A DNA stretch of 64,000 nucleotides from Escherichia coli (lineage in GTDB: Bacteria; Pseudomonadota; Gammaproteobacteria; Enterobacterales; Enterobacteriaceae): the NCBI RefSeq assembly GCF_048403405.1, contig NZ_CP183129.1, one strand, 5' to 3'. A program made the translations under genes and the position numbers. Shown here piece by piece: positions 52,320 to 60,979 of the stretch; the first letter of the stretch is position 1, and every line of letters begins with the position of its first letter. Under the pieces are notes generated by a model, which did no database searches, was not told where the DNA came from, and saw nothing but the letters and a program-made list of their open reading frames with translations.

Positions 52320-52842
52320 ACAAACCCCTGGCAGACATTTGTTTATCTGCAAAGTAATATTGATATTGCTGACGATACGCATGCTTGAAAGCAATAGCTT
52401 TTTCTATAAGCTCGTCAGTCTCACGTTCCACAACAGCTGGATCCGCAAAAAGCAGCCCGGACTCCACCACATCGCCATATTCTTTGTTTAATCCGGCGAT
52501 CATGTACGTAATGCTTTTTCCATCACTGATCTCACGATACAACCTGAAATCACTAATTCGGATAGCCTCCATAATTGCCGGAATCAGCGCCGTGAATTTT
52601 TTCCGCTTATCCCTGGTGTCGATAGCTTTCCAGCGTTCGAATATCTTCACCCGGTTAACGCCCAGCGCCCGTTGATCAACCTCGCCATCATTAAACGTGA
52701 CGCGTTGAACATCGATGTTCGGGCGTTCTTTCAGAGCCCAGAATGCTTCCGTGATTAATATCGTCGCTTGCTCCTGTGTCATTCCTGGTCGACATACCCA
52801 GGCATCCAGAGCCTCACAAACCTGTTCAGGGGTGATTTTCAT
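52291..52842 (-). CDS. hypothetical protein (183 aa) in cII position
   Basis: ORF translationally coupled to cro-like gene, upstream of O. Confidence 0.4.
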   Translation of the reverse strand: MKITPEQVCEALDAWVCRPGMTQEQATILITEAFWALKERPNIDVQRVTFNDGEVDQRALGVNRVKIFERWKAIDTRDKRKKFTALIPAIMEAIRISDFRLYREISDGKSITYMIAGLNKEYGDVVESGLLFADPAVVERETDELIEKAIAFKHAYRQQYQYYFADKQMSARGLYEYRCTTMG

Positions 52843-53053
52843 TGTTCAACCGCCCCGCCCGCTTTGCCTTACGATATTCGTCATAAACTTTGGGGTCGTA
52901 CTGAAGTTCCCCGCCGGATGCCTCCTGTAGACGCATCGCGCGACCTTCAGGAACCAGTTTCCCCCATGCAGCAACGCTTGCCAGCCTAACTCCTGCGGCA
53001 TTGGCAAGCTTTGTTTTGCTGCCAAAAAACGCTATAGCATCAATTTTCAACAT
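52826..53053 (-). CDS. dicC: Cro-like regulator (DicC-like)
   Basis: 75-aa ORF divergent from repressor; sequence (FGSKTKLAxAAG.RLAS ... LVPEGRAMRLQEASGGELQYDPKVYDEY) matches recalled DicC. Confidence 0.7.
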   Translation of the reverse strand: MLKIDAIAFFGSKTKLANAAGVRLASVAAWGKLVPEGRAMRLQEASGGELQYDPKVYDEYRKAKRAGRLNNENHP

Positions 53054-53129
53054 ATCGAACTCCTTAGATTTTCCTAAGGAAACTAGATCGTAGAGAAACC
53101 TAAGTCAAGAAAAATTAGAATTACCTAAT
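53054..53129. promoter_or_regulatory. divergent promoter/operator region between dicC-like and dicA-like genes
   Basis: Palindrome TTCCTAAGGAA plus further CCTAAG half-sites. Confidence 0.5.
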
Positions 53130-53537
53130 ATGAAAAACGAAACCTTCGGTGCTCGCCTCTTATACAGGCGTAAAAAATTAAAACTGTCTCAGGCCGCATT
53201 AGGTAAGCTGGTCAAAGTGGCTCACGTAACAATTTCTCAATGGGAAAGAGATGAAACACAGCCAGCGGGGAAGAGATTATTCGCACTGAGCCAGGCGCTT
53301 CAGTGCTCGCCGACTTGGCTTCTTTTTGGAGATGAAGATAAGCAACCAGGCGAACCGATCCCAGATAATCAGCCAGTTAATCTGACAGAAGATCAAAAAG
53401 AGTTGCTTCAACTGTTCGACGCACTGCCTGAGTCAGAGCAAAAGGCTCTGTTGTCAGAGATGCGTGCTCGAGTTGAGAATTTCAACAAACTTTTTGAAGA
53501 ACTACTCAAAGCTCGCAAAAGAAGCGCAAATAAATAA
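53130..53537 (+). CDS. dicA: prophage repressor (DicA-like, HTH-XRE, no S24 peptidase domain)
   Basis: 135-aa ORF; HTH (LSQAALGKLVKVAHVTISQWE); C-terminal SPTWLLFGDEDKQP ... LPESEQ ... EMRARVENFNKLFEELLKAR matches recalled DicA. Confidence 0.8.
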   Translation: MKNETFGARLLYRRKKLKLSQAALGKLVKVAHVTISQWERDETQPAGKRLFALSQALQCSPTWLLFGDEDKQPGEPIPDNQPVNLTEDQKELLQLFDALPESEQKALLSEMRARVENFNKLFEELLKARKRSANK

Positions 53538-53589
53538 CCCTCCCTTTTTTTTCGCCACTCTCTGTAATAAAAAGCACAAACTTTCAAAT

Positions 53590-53660
53590 GCTTGTGTTTT
53601 TTACATCAAAAAACTTAGGTTTTTCTACACAAAAAGCTTGACCATAATTCTTAGGTTATT
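53590..53660. promoter_or_regulatory. second operator/promoter region (CTTAGG repeats) downstream of repressor gene
   Basis: ACTTAGGTTTTTC ... CTTAGGTTATTC repeats with embedded TTGACC; likely promoter of the dicB-type operon. Confidence 0.45.
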
Positions 53661-53743
53661 CTAAATTCTACTCATCAAGACACCGCACGGTGTTCTCAGC
53701 AAACAGTTCCGCTACCCTGGCGTTAAGGGGAAATGAGGTCAGC

Positions 53744-53896
53744 ATGGATACTATCGATCTTGGCAACAACGAATCTCTGGTATGCGGCGTGTTTCCCAAC
53801 CAGGACGGCACGTTTACCGCGATGACGTATACCAGAAGCAAAACGTTTCAAACTGAAGCTGGCGCGCGTCGCTGGTTAACCAGAAACACTGACTGA
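53744..53896 (+). CDS. small protein, YdfA-like (50 aa)
   Basis: MDTIDLGNNESLVCGVFPNQDGTFTAM... with GAGG RBS; first gene after repressor as in the Qin dicB operon. Confidence 0.5.
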   Translation: MDTIDLGNNESLVCGVFPNQDGTFTAMTYTRSKTFQTEAGARRWLTRNTD

Positions 53897-53907
53897 TGAG
53901 GTTGACG

Positions 53908-54282
53908 ATGGAATTTAAAGATTTACCAGTACCATTCCAGGAAATGGCATCGAATGTGGTTCGCTCTCAACTGGCGACTCTTGACCTGAGTACCGTAGAA
54001 AAAGAAACCATCGATACTATATCCGGTAACGTGCGTCGTGCCTTTATCGGTCTGTACGAAGAGAAGCAGCTCTCTGATAACCAGGATTTACATGAAAAAT
54101 ACTTCCTGGAATTAATGGACATCATTAATAAAGGATTTGGCTTGTTAATGAAAAAGAAAGGGATTCGAATAGCTCCCCTTGAAAATCATTTTACAGCGAG
54201 CAGTATTAATTCCTGTGATTTAAAGCATCACACATCCGATGGGAAAGTTGAATCAAACAACAAAATATCAATTAATCATTAA
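53908..54282 (+). CDS. hypothetical protein (124 aa), AT-rich
   Basis: ORF with GAGG RBS before MEFKDL; no family recognised. Confidence 0.45.
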   Translation: MEFKDLPVPFQEMASNVVRSQLATLDLSTVEKETIDTISGNVRRAFIGLYEEKQLSDNQDLHEKYFLELMDIINKGFGLLMKKKGIRIAPLENHFTASSINSCDLKHHTSDGKVESNNKISINH

Positions 54283-54584
54283 TTTATTCACAGGTGAGGT
54301 AGAGTGCGTGCGCCGGACACGGATAAGAATCCGGCACTGACAGTTTACTAAAAAGGATATATCCCTGAAAAGTCAGGGCATAACACGAAAGCGCCCGGCG
54401 AAGTTAGTCTCTCTGTATAGGTCGTCGTTAAATTTAATTCGATCGTGCGCTTCCGGTTGTGGCAATCCGCGAAATGGCGCGGCGGTAAGTATGGCTGGGG
54501 TTTCCTCCATTGCTCCAGAAAATGCACCGGGTTGTCAGGTTGACCATACGCTTAAGTGACAGCCCCGCCACAATACCCATGTGT

Positions 54585-54637
54585 AGTCTTTGGTGGCATC
54601 AGTTCTACTCCGTGACTGCTCTGCCACCCTTTTTAAA
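54585..54637 (+). ncRNA. dicF: DicF-like small RNA (3' stem-loop/terminator region conserved)
   Basis: TTTGGTGGCATCAGTTCTACTCCGTGACTGCTCTGCCACCCTTTTT closely matches recalled DicF 3' portion, with compensatory stem changes GGCGG/CCGCC to GGTGG/CCACC. Confidence 0.55.
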
Positions 54638-54812
54638 GTGAATTTTGTGATGCGGTGAATGCGGCTAAGCGCACGCGGAACAGTTAAAACCAAAAACAGT
54701 GTTATGGGTGGATTCTCTGTATCCGGCGTTAATTGTTAACTGGTTAACGTCACCTGGAGGCACCAGGCACCGCATCAACAAAGTTCACTTCGGTGATGAA
54801 AGGTAAGAGAAA

Positions 54813-55667
54813 ATGTTGAATGTAGCTATTGAAAACCAGAACGGGTGGAATTATAGTGCACCTGCACCTCATAAAACGGGTGCCGGGCGTGGAAACCCGG
54901 AATTCAATCAAGCGCATAACCGCGCTCAGGCGGTTTTTTTATGCGTCAAGCACAGCCACATTCAGATTATGGTGGGGCGTGCAGGGCAGCTGCAAGGCTG
55001 GCCGGATTCTTGGTTGACCGGTATTTCCACCCCTGTACGCCTCACCACCCTTATGGTCGTGGAAAACCTTGGTGGTGAGTTATTAATACTCAACCAAGAG
55101 GCTGCCATTATGGCTACTATCCCTACCCTTTCTCACCCTGACGTAACCATCGAAAATGGTCGCGCTGTCACTACGTCTGTTGCGGTTGCAGAGTTCTTCC
55201 GCAAAATGCACAAGGACGTTCTGCGCAAAATTGAAACGCTAGAATGCTCTGAAGATTTTAACGAGCGCAATTTTACGCCCGTTACCTACACCGACGCCAA
55301 AGGCGAAAAACGCCCCATGTACCAAATCACCAAAAACGGCTTCGTTTTCCTGGTGATGGGGTTCACAGGTAAAAAAGCCGCAACTTTCAAAGAAGCCTAC
55401 ATCGCTGAGTTCGATCGCATGGAGGAAGAACTGCGCCAGAATAACGCCCCGTCTCCCGACAAAATGATTCACGGGGACGGACGCACCCTGGTTATCCGTC
55501 TCGACGAACACGGCAATATCAAATTCACTGAAACCGTTCCTGACGGCGCAATGGTCTGCACCCTGGATACCTTCCGGTTTTATCTGGAGAAACAAGGATG
55601 GACTCTTGTAAACCGGAGCGCAATTAAAAATATGACTGTGGAGCAATTGCTAAAAATTCATTGTTGA
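54813..55667 (+). CDS. Rha-family phage regulatory protein (possible antirepressor); start uncertain
   Basis: C-terminal 185 aa carry Rha-like motifs (AVAEFF.K.H..VLR.I ... MGFTGKKA..FKEAYI.EFDRMEEEL); alternative start at 55110. Confidence 0.65.
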   Translation: MLNVAIENQNGWNYSAPAPHKTGAGRGNPEFNQAHNRAQAVFLCVKHSHIQIMVGRAGQLQGWPDSWLTGISTPVRLTTLMVVENLGGELLILNQEAAIMATIPTLSHPDVTIENGRAVTTSVAVAEFFRKMHKDVLRKIETLECSEDFNERNFTPVTYTDAKGEKRPMYQITKNGFVFLVMGFTGKKAATFKEAYIAEFDRMEEELRQNNAPSPDKMIHGDGRTLVIRLDEHGNIKFTETVPDGAMVCTLDTFRFYLEKQGWTLVNRSAIKNMTVEQLLKIHC

Positions 55668-55677
55668 GGACGCGATA

Positions 55678-55866
55678 ATGGAAACGTCACTACCAAACGT
55701 TAATACGTCTGACGGGTGCTTTAATATTGGTGTTCTGCTCAGTAACAGGGATTTCACCGAGGATGCAATCAATATGAGAAAATATGAACCCTACCTGCTG
55801 AATGACAATTCCATACTCTCCAGAATTGCCCTTCTTAAACTCGGTATTTTCGGAGAGTGGCGATGA
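55678..55866 (+). CDS. dicB: DicB-like cell division inhibitor (62 aa)
   Basis: LPNVNTSDGCFNIGV..SN..FTEDAINMRK matches recalled DicB; follows DicF-like RNA. Confidence 0.7.
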   Translation: METSLPNVNTSDGCFNIGVLLSNRDFTEDAINMRKYEPYLLNDNSILSRIALLKLGIFGEWR

Positions 55867-56066
55867 ACACATTATTCGTACTCATTCTGACTGTACATCT
55901 CAATACTGGTGAGTCGCTTGATGCAATCACCGGCATGTACAACTCAATGAAAGAATGCATGGCTGCCGCAGCGGAACAGAAAATTCCCGGCAACTGTTAT
56001 CCGGTCGATAAAGTTATTCACATGGACAATAACGAAATCCCGGCGGGGCTTAAAACAGCACCGTAA
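55863..56066 (+). CDS. small protein, YdfD-like by position
   Basis: ORF overlapping dicB-like stop; hydrophobic N-terminus. Confidence 0.45.
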   Translation: MNTLFVLILTVHLNTGESLDAITGMYNSMKECMAAAAEQKIPGNCYPVDKVIHMDNNEIPAGLKTAP

Positions 56067-56143
56067 TTAATATCCGGTTTCATTTTTATATGCCAGCAAT
56101 GGCAGGGATTTGTTCACCCTTAAATCTGTAATGAGGTTTATCA

Positions 56144-58600
56144 ATGAGCACTGATAAAGAAGAAATTGCACTATATTACGAAGCCAAAAATGACAAAATC
56201 AGAAAACGTCTTGGAATTAAAGGCGGTTTTTACTGGCGCACAGCAAAAAAATTATCGGTTGCAATATCACGCGGTGTTGTCGCAATGGACGATGCCGGAT
56301 TTGACAAAGAGGATTTTAAAAAACCTGTTCGCGTCCATTTACCCGTTGTGAATGACCTTCCTCCGGAAGGCGTGTTTGATACCGAATTCTGCAACCGATA
56401 CGAAAAGGGCGGTGAAGATGGTATCACAATGGTACTTATCGCGCCCTCGCCCTCTGTTCAGGATAAACCAGCCAGCACTGACAATACCAACGTCAACGGC
56501 GAAGACATGGCTGAGATTGAGGAGAACATGCTCCTGCCGGTTTCAGGTCAGATTCTGCCTGTTCGATGGCTGGCACAGCACGGCAGCGAAAAACCGATCA
56601 CACACGTTTCGCGGGACGAACTGCGCACATTACATAACGCACAGGATGAAAAACTTCCCGCCGTTACCGCGCTGGCCATCTCAAATAAAGCAGCGCAACT
56701 CGAACCGCTGGAAATTCGCGATCTCCACAAACTGGTTCGTGACACGGACAAAGTTTTCCCTAATCCTGGTAATTCAGACCTGGGACTGATGACTGCTTTT
56801 TTCGAAGCATACCTGGGCGCTGACTACACCGATCGCGGTCTGCTGACAAAAGAGTGGATGAAAGGAAATCGTGTTTCACGCATCACCCGCACGGCTTCCG
56901 GTGCTAATGCCGGTGGAGGGAACAAAACCGATCGCAATCCGAATTTAGTACACACCTTCGATACGCTGGATGTGGAGATTGCAGCGGCCACACTTCCGAT
57001 GGATTTTAATATTTATGAAATTCCGGGCAGCGTTTATCGTCGCGCAAAAGAAGTCGTCCGGAAGAAAGAAAGTCCGTTCAAAGAATGGTCCGCAGCACTT
57101 CGCGCAATCCCGGGTATCCTGGATTATTCCCGCGCCGCTATTTTTGCACTTATCCGAAGCGCACACCCTGAATTTTATCACTACCCGGGACGCCTTCAGG
57201 GGTATATCAACGCCTATTTGACGGAAACTGATCACGAGAACCCTACCGAGGAAACTCTCGCTGCTGCACGACATACACCGGAAAAAGATATCCTGGAAGA
57301 AGTTAACCGCGAACTGGCTGCTGAACGCGAAACAGAAGAAGAAAAAAATAATGAGGAAAAATCACAACCGTCTGACGCAATGGCAGATGAACAGGCAACG
57401 ACTGAAGCAATGGAGCCGAATACAACTGAACATCGCCAGGACACGCAATCGCTGGATACTCAGGCACAGATAGATCCGGTTAATCAGGTAAAAGTTACCG
57501 CTGACGAAGTAAACAAAATTATGCAGGCAGCCAATATCAGCCAGCCTGACGCCGATAAGTTGCTTGCGGCCTCTCGCGGAGAATTTGTTGCAGGGATTAG
57601 CGACCCGAATGATCCGAAATGGGTCAAGGGGATGGAAACCCGCGATTCTGTGAACCAGAACCAGCAAGAAACGGAACAGAACGGCCAGAAAGCGGAACAA
57701 AACAGCCCAAATGCGTTACAAAACGAGCCAGAAACGAAACAACCTGAACCAGTAGTGCAACAGGAACCGGAAAAGATCTGCACCGCCTGCGGTCAGACCG
57801 GCGGCGGCAACTGCCCTGATTGTGGCGCGGTGATGGGCGACGCAACATACCAGGAAACATTCAATGAAGAGAATCAGGTTGAAGTTCAGGAAAATGATCC
57901 GGAGGAAATGGAAGGCACTGAACATCCACACAAGGAGAACCCTGGCGGCAATCAGCATCACGATAGCGATAGTGAAACTGGCGAGGCGACAGATCACTCA
58001 GTTAAGGTGAACGGTCATCATAAAGGCACATCCACCAGCGGGACGTGTGACCATCTAATGATCGACCTTGAAACCATGGGAAAAAATCCAGATGCCCCGA
58101 TTATCTCAATAGGTGCAATATTTTTCGATCCGCAAACCGGAGATATGGGACCGGAATTTAGTAAGACTATCGATCTGGAAACTGCTGGCGGAGTCATTGA
58201 TCGGGACACCATTAAATGGTGGCTTAAGCAATCACGCGAAGCGCAATCTGCCATTATGACCGATGAAATCCCGTTAGATGATGCACTGTTACAATTGCGG
58301 GAATTTATCGACGAAAACTCCGGCGAATTTTTTGTTCAGGTCTGGGGAAATGGAGCCAACTTCGACAACACGATTTTGCGCCGTTCATACGAACGGCAGG
58401 GGATCCCCTGCCCGTGGCGTTACTACAACGATCGCGATGTACGCACAATCGTTGAGCTGGGGAAAGCCATAGACTTCGATGCCAGAACGGCTATTCCATT
58501 CGAAGGTGAGCGCCATAATGCACTTGATGACGCCCGTTACCAGGCAAAATACGTTTCAGTTATCTGGCAAAAACTGATCCCGAGTCAGGCTGATTTTTAA
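56144..58600 (+). CDS. large RecE-like prophage protein with C-terminal DEDDh 3'-5' exonuclease domain and central zinc ribbon
   Basis: 818 aa; C-terminal Exo I (LMIDLETMG), Exo II (GNGANFD), Exo III (H-x4-D: ERHNALDDARY) motifs; central CTACG ... CPDCG; acidic linker. Confidence 0.55.
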   Translation: MSTDKEEIALYYEAKNDKIRKRLGIKGGFYWRTAKKLSVAISRGVVAMDDAGFDKEDFKKPVRVHLPVVNDLPPEGVFDTEFCNRYEKGGEDGITMVLIAPSPSVQDKPASTDNTNVNGEDMAEIEENMLLPVSGQILPVRWLAQHGSEKPITHVSRDELRTLHNAQDEKLPAVTALAISNKAAQLEPLEIRDLHKLVRDTDKVFPNPGNSDLGLMTAFFEAYLGADYTDRGLLTKEWMKGNRVSRITRTASGANAGGGNKTDRNPNLVHTFDTLDVEIAAATLPMDFNIYEIPGSVYRRAKEVVRKKESPFKEWSAALRAIPGILDYSRAAIFALIRSAHPEFYHYPGRLQGYINAYLTETDHENPTEETLAAARHTPEKDILEEVNRELAAERETEEEKNNEEKSQPSDAMADEQATTEAMEPNTTEHRQDTQSLDTQAQIDPVNQVKVTADEVNKIMQAANISQPDADKLLAASRGEFVAGISDPNDPKWVKGMETRDSVNQNQQETEQNGQKAEQNSPNALQNEPETKQPEPVVQQEPEKICTACGQTGGGNCPDCGAVMGDATYQETFNEENQVEVQENDPEEMEGTEHPHKENPGGNQHHDSDSETGEATDHSVKVNGHHKGTSTSGTCDHLMIDLETMGKNPDAPIISIGAIFFDPQTGDMGPEFSKTIDLETAGGVIDRDTIKWWLKQSREAQSAIMTDEIPLDDALLQLREFIDENSGEFFVQVWGNGANFDNTILRRSYERQGIPCPWRYYNDRDVRTIVELGKAIDFDARTAIPFEGERHNALDDARYQAKYVSVIWQKLIPSQADF

Positions 58601-58661
58601 TGTTCAACCGTCGCCAGTTGTCGTTGATATTCTGCAACTGGCGCGTTCCGGAGTGATAGCC

Positions 58662-58931
58662 ATGAGCGAACAGTACCTGATAACGCTCGACGAGTGGAAA
58701 CCAAAACGGTTCAGTCTCCCAATAACAAACACTACCCTGGTGAAATACGGAAAACTAGGATACATCGTTCCAAGACCACAAAAAATTCGTGGGCGTTGGC
58801 TGATAGATCGCCGAGCAGTATTTGTTGGGCCTGGTGAAACGGGAATTGCGCCGGAAATTCATACTGGCGATGATGATGCACTGAAGGAGATTTTAACTCA
58901 TGTCACCGAGGCCACGAAAAAACAGCACTGA
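58662..58931 (+). CDS. xis: excisionase Xis-like
   Basis: Small basic ORF overlapping int start; pattern L.TL.EW ... TV.R ... P.P.K.GR similar to lambda Xis. Confidence 0.6.
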   Translation: MSEQYLITLDEWKPKRFSLPITNTTLVKYGKLGYIVPRPQKIRGRWLIDRRAVFVGPGETGIAPEIHTGDDDALKEILTHVTEATKKQH

Positions 58932-60018
58932 CGTAGCCGGTCTTTACGAAAAGTTTGATCGCAGAACTGGCAGAGTTTACTACCAGTATAAAAATCCTGT
59001 GACTGGAAAATTTCACGGACTCGGAACAGACAAAGGTAAGGCAGAAAAAATCGCTTCCACAGCCAATCAGCGAATAGCTGCAGCAGAAGCTGAATATTTC
59101 ATGCGCAAAATTGATGAAAGTCCGTCAGCAACAAAACGTCGGGGTATCAGATTAAAGGCATGGGTTGATCGATATCTGAAAATACAGGACACGCGACTGA
59201 AAAATGGAGATATTGCAGCTACAACTCACAAAGAAAAAACTCGAATGGCTGCATACCTGGTTTCCCGTCTGGGAAACCACCCATTGAAAGAACTGGAAGT
59301 AAGAGACTTTGCATTAATACTGGATGAGTGGCTGGATAAAGACATGGTCAGCACAGCGAGAGTAAATCGTGGATTATGGGTTGATATTTATAAAGAAGCA
59401 CAGCATGCAGGGGAAGTTCCTCCTGGATGGAATCCTCCGGAGGCTACCCGTAAACCGATCCCTAAAGTAACCAGAGCCAGGCTCACCATGGAAGACTGGC
59501 AAAAAATTTACAATGCAACGCCTGAAAAACACTTTATCCGTAACGCAATGCTTCTTGCGATTGTTACTGGTCAGCGCCGTGATGACATTTGCCACATGCG
59601 TTTTTCAGATGTGTGGAACGAACACTTGCATATCACCCAGGGAAAAACCGGAATGCGTCTGGCGTTACCGCTTACACTACGCTGTGATGCCATTGGGATA
59701 ACGTTAAAAGAAGTTATTGATGGGTGCCGAGACAGAATATTAAGTCCATATCTAATCCATAGTCGGCACCAGAAACAACCGAAGCCGATGAGTAAAGACA
59801 ACCTGAGCGACTACTTTGCCAAAGCACGGGATCTGGCTGGGATAATTCCACCAGCAGGAAAAACTCCGCCAACATTTCATGAACAACGCTCTCTATCAGA
59901 ACGGCTGTACCGTGCACAGGGTATCGATACAAAAACATTACTAGGACATAAAGTCCAGGCAACCACCGATCGCTATAACGATACTCGAGGTCAGGAATGG
60001 GTTAAGTTGGTTATTTGA
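58900..60018 (+). CDS. int: tyrosine integrase (lambda Int family)
   Basis: 372-aa ORF; Arg-His-Arg-Tyr catalytic residues (VTGQRRDD, HEQRSLSERLY, LLGHK...TDRYNDTRGQEW); adjacent to attR. Confidence 0.9.
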   Translation: MSPRPRKNSTDVAGLYEKFDRRTGRVYYQYKNPVTGKFHGLGTDKGKAEKIASTANQRIAAAEAEYFMRKIDESPSATKRRGIRLKAWVDRYLKIQDTRLKNGDIAATTHKEKTRMAAYLVSRLGNHPLKELEVRDFALILDEWLDKDMVSTARVNRGLWVDIYKEAQHAGEVPPGWNPPEATRKPIPKVTRARLTMEDWQKIYNATPEKHFIRNAMLLAIVTGQRRDDICHMRFSDVWNEHLHITQGKTGMRLALPLTLRCDAIGITLKEVIDGCRDRILSPYLIHSRHQKQPKPMSKDNLSDYFAKARDLAGIIPPAGKTPPTFHEQRSLSERLYRAQGIDTKTLLGHKVQATTDRYNDTRGQEWVKLVI

Positions 60019-60162
60019 CAAACACCATATGGAATATCCGTCACCATCTCAGGAAAAAAGTGTTGTAAAATGCGTGGCCTAGTTTTGGGGAAACGTTTTG
60101 GAGAGATTTTGGAGAAAGGAAAAAATTGAATAAATTCAAAATCCTGAAAGTGCTCCACCTTA

Positions 60163-60176
60163 TGAATAAGAAGGTG
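60163..60176. other. attR core (TGAATAAGAAGGTG) with native potB 3' end
   Basis: Identical to 11709-11722; 60152-60184 encodes ...LMNKKVELE-stop overlapping potC ATG. Confidence 0.6.
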
Positions 60177-60184
60177 GAACTCGA

Positions 60185-60979
60185 ATGATCGGTCGACTGC
60201 TTCGCGGCGGTTTTATGACCGCTATCTACGCGTACCTGTATATTCCAATCATTATTTTGATTGTGAACTCGTTCAACAGCTCGCGCTTTGGCATCAACTG
60301 GCAGGGTTTTACCACTAAATGGTATAGCCTGCTGATGAACAACGACAGTCTGTTGCAGGCAGCTCAGCATTCATTGACGATGGCGGTGTTTTCAGCGACG
60401 TTTGCTACGCTTATCGGTTCACTGACTGCAGTTGCGCTGTACCGTTATCGCTTTCGCGGTAAACCGTTCGTTAGCGGAATGCTGTTCGTGGTGATGATGT
60501 CGCCAGATATTGTGATGGCGATTTCGCTGCTGGTGCTGTTTATGCTGCTGGGTATTCAGCTTGGCTTCTGGTCGCTGCTGTTCTCGCATATCACCTTCTG
60601 CCTGCCATTTGTGGTGGTGACAGTGTATTCGCGCCTGAAAGGTTTTGACGTGCGAATGCTGGAAGCGGCGAAAGATCTCGGTGCCAGCGAATTTACCATT
60701 CTGCGAAAAATCATTCTGCCACTGGCAATGCCAGCGGTAGCGGCGGGCTGGGTGTTAAGCTTTACCCTGTCGATGGACGATGTAGTAGTTTCTTCGTTCG
60801 TCACCGGACCAAGCTATGAAATTCTGCCGTTAAAAATTTATTCGATGGTCAAAGTCGGCGTATCGCCGGAAGTTAACGCGCTGGCAACCATATTACTGGT
60901 GCTGTCGCTGGTGATGGTAATTGCCAGCCAGCTTATTGCTCGTGATAAAACGAAAGGTAACACAGGGGACGTTAAATGA
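60185..60979 (+). CDS. potC: spermidine/putrescine ABC transporter permease PotC
   Basis: 264-aa multi-TM permease; overlaps potD start. Confidence 0.9.
   Translation: MIGRLLRGGFMTAIYAYLYIPIIILIVNSFNSSRFGINWQGFTTKWYSLLMNNDSLLQAAQHSLTMAVFSATFATLIGSLTAVALYRYRFRGKPFVSGMLFVVMMSPDIVMAISLLVLFMLLGIQLGFWSLLFSHITFCLPFVVVTVYSRLKGFDVRMLEAAKDLGASEFTILRKIILPLAMPAVAAGWVLSFTLSMDDVVVSSFVTGPSYEILPLKIYSMVKVGVSPEVNALATILLVLSLVMVIASQLIARDKTKGNTGDVK

Larger units (their letters stand above)
11723..60162. mobile_element. lambda-like (lambdoid) prophage integrated in potB 3' end
   Basis: Bounded by 14-bp direct repeats; integrase next to attR; complete lambda-like head/tail genes, cos site, lysis, replication and immunity modules. 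Confidence 0.9.

Noticed and set aside
53538-54282. rexAB/sieB-like exclusion genes next to the repressor
   Set aside because: Genes downstream of the repressor are a YdfA-like peptide and one unrecognised ORF; nothing resembling RexA/RexB size or membrane topology
54283-54812. LexA box or N-utilisation (nut) sites in the long non-coding stretch before the Rha-like gene
   Set aside because: No CTGT-N8-ACAG LexA-type motif or boxA/boxB-like element recognised by eye; only the DicF-like hairpin and a GTTAAC double palindrome are reported
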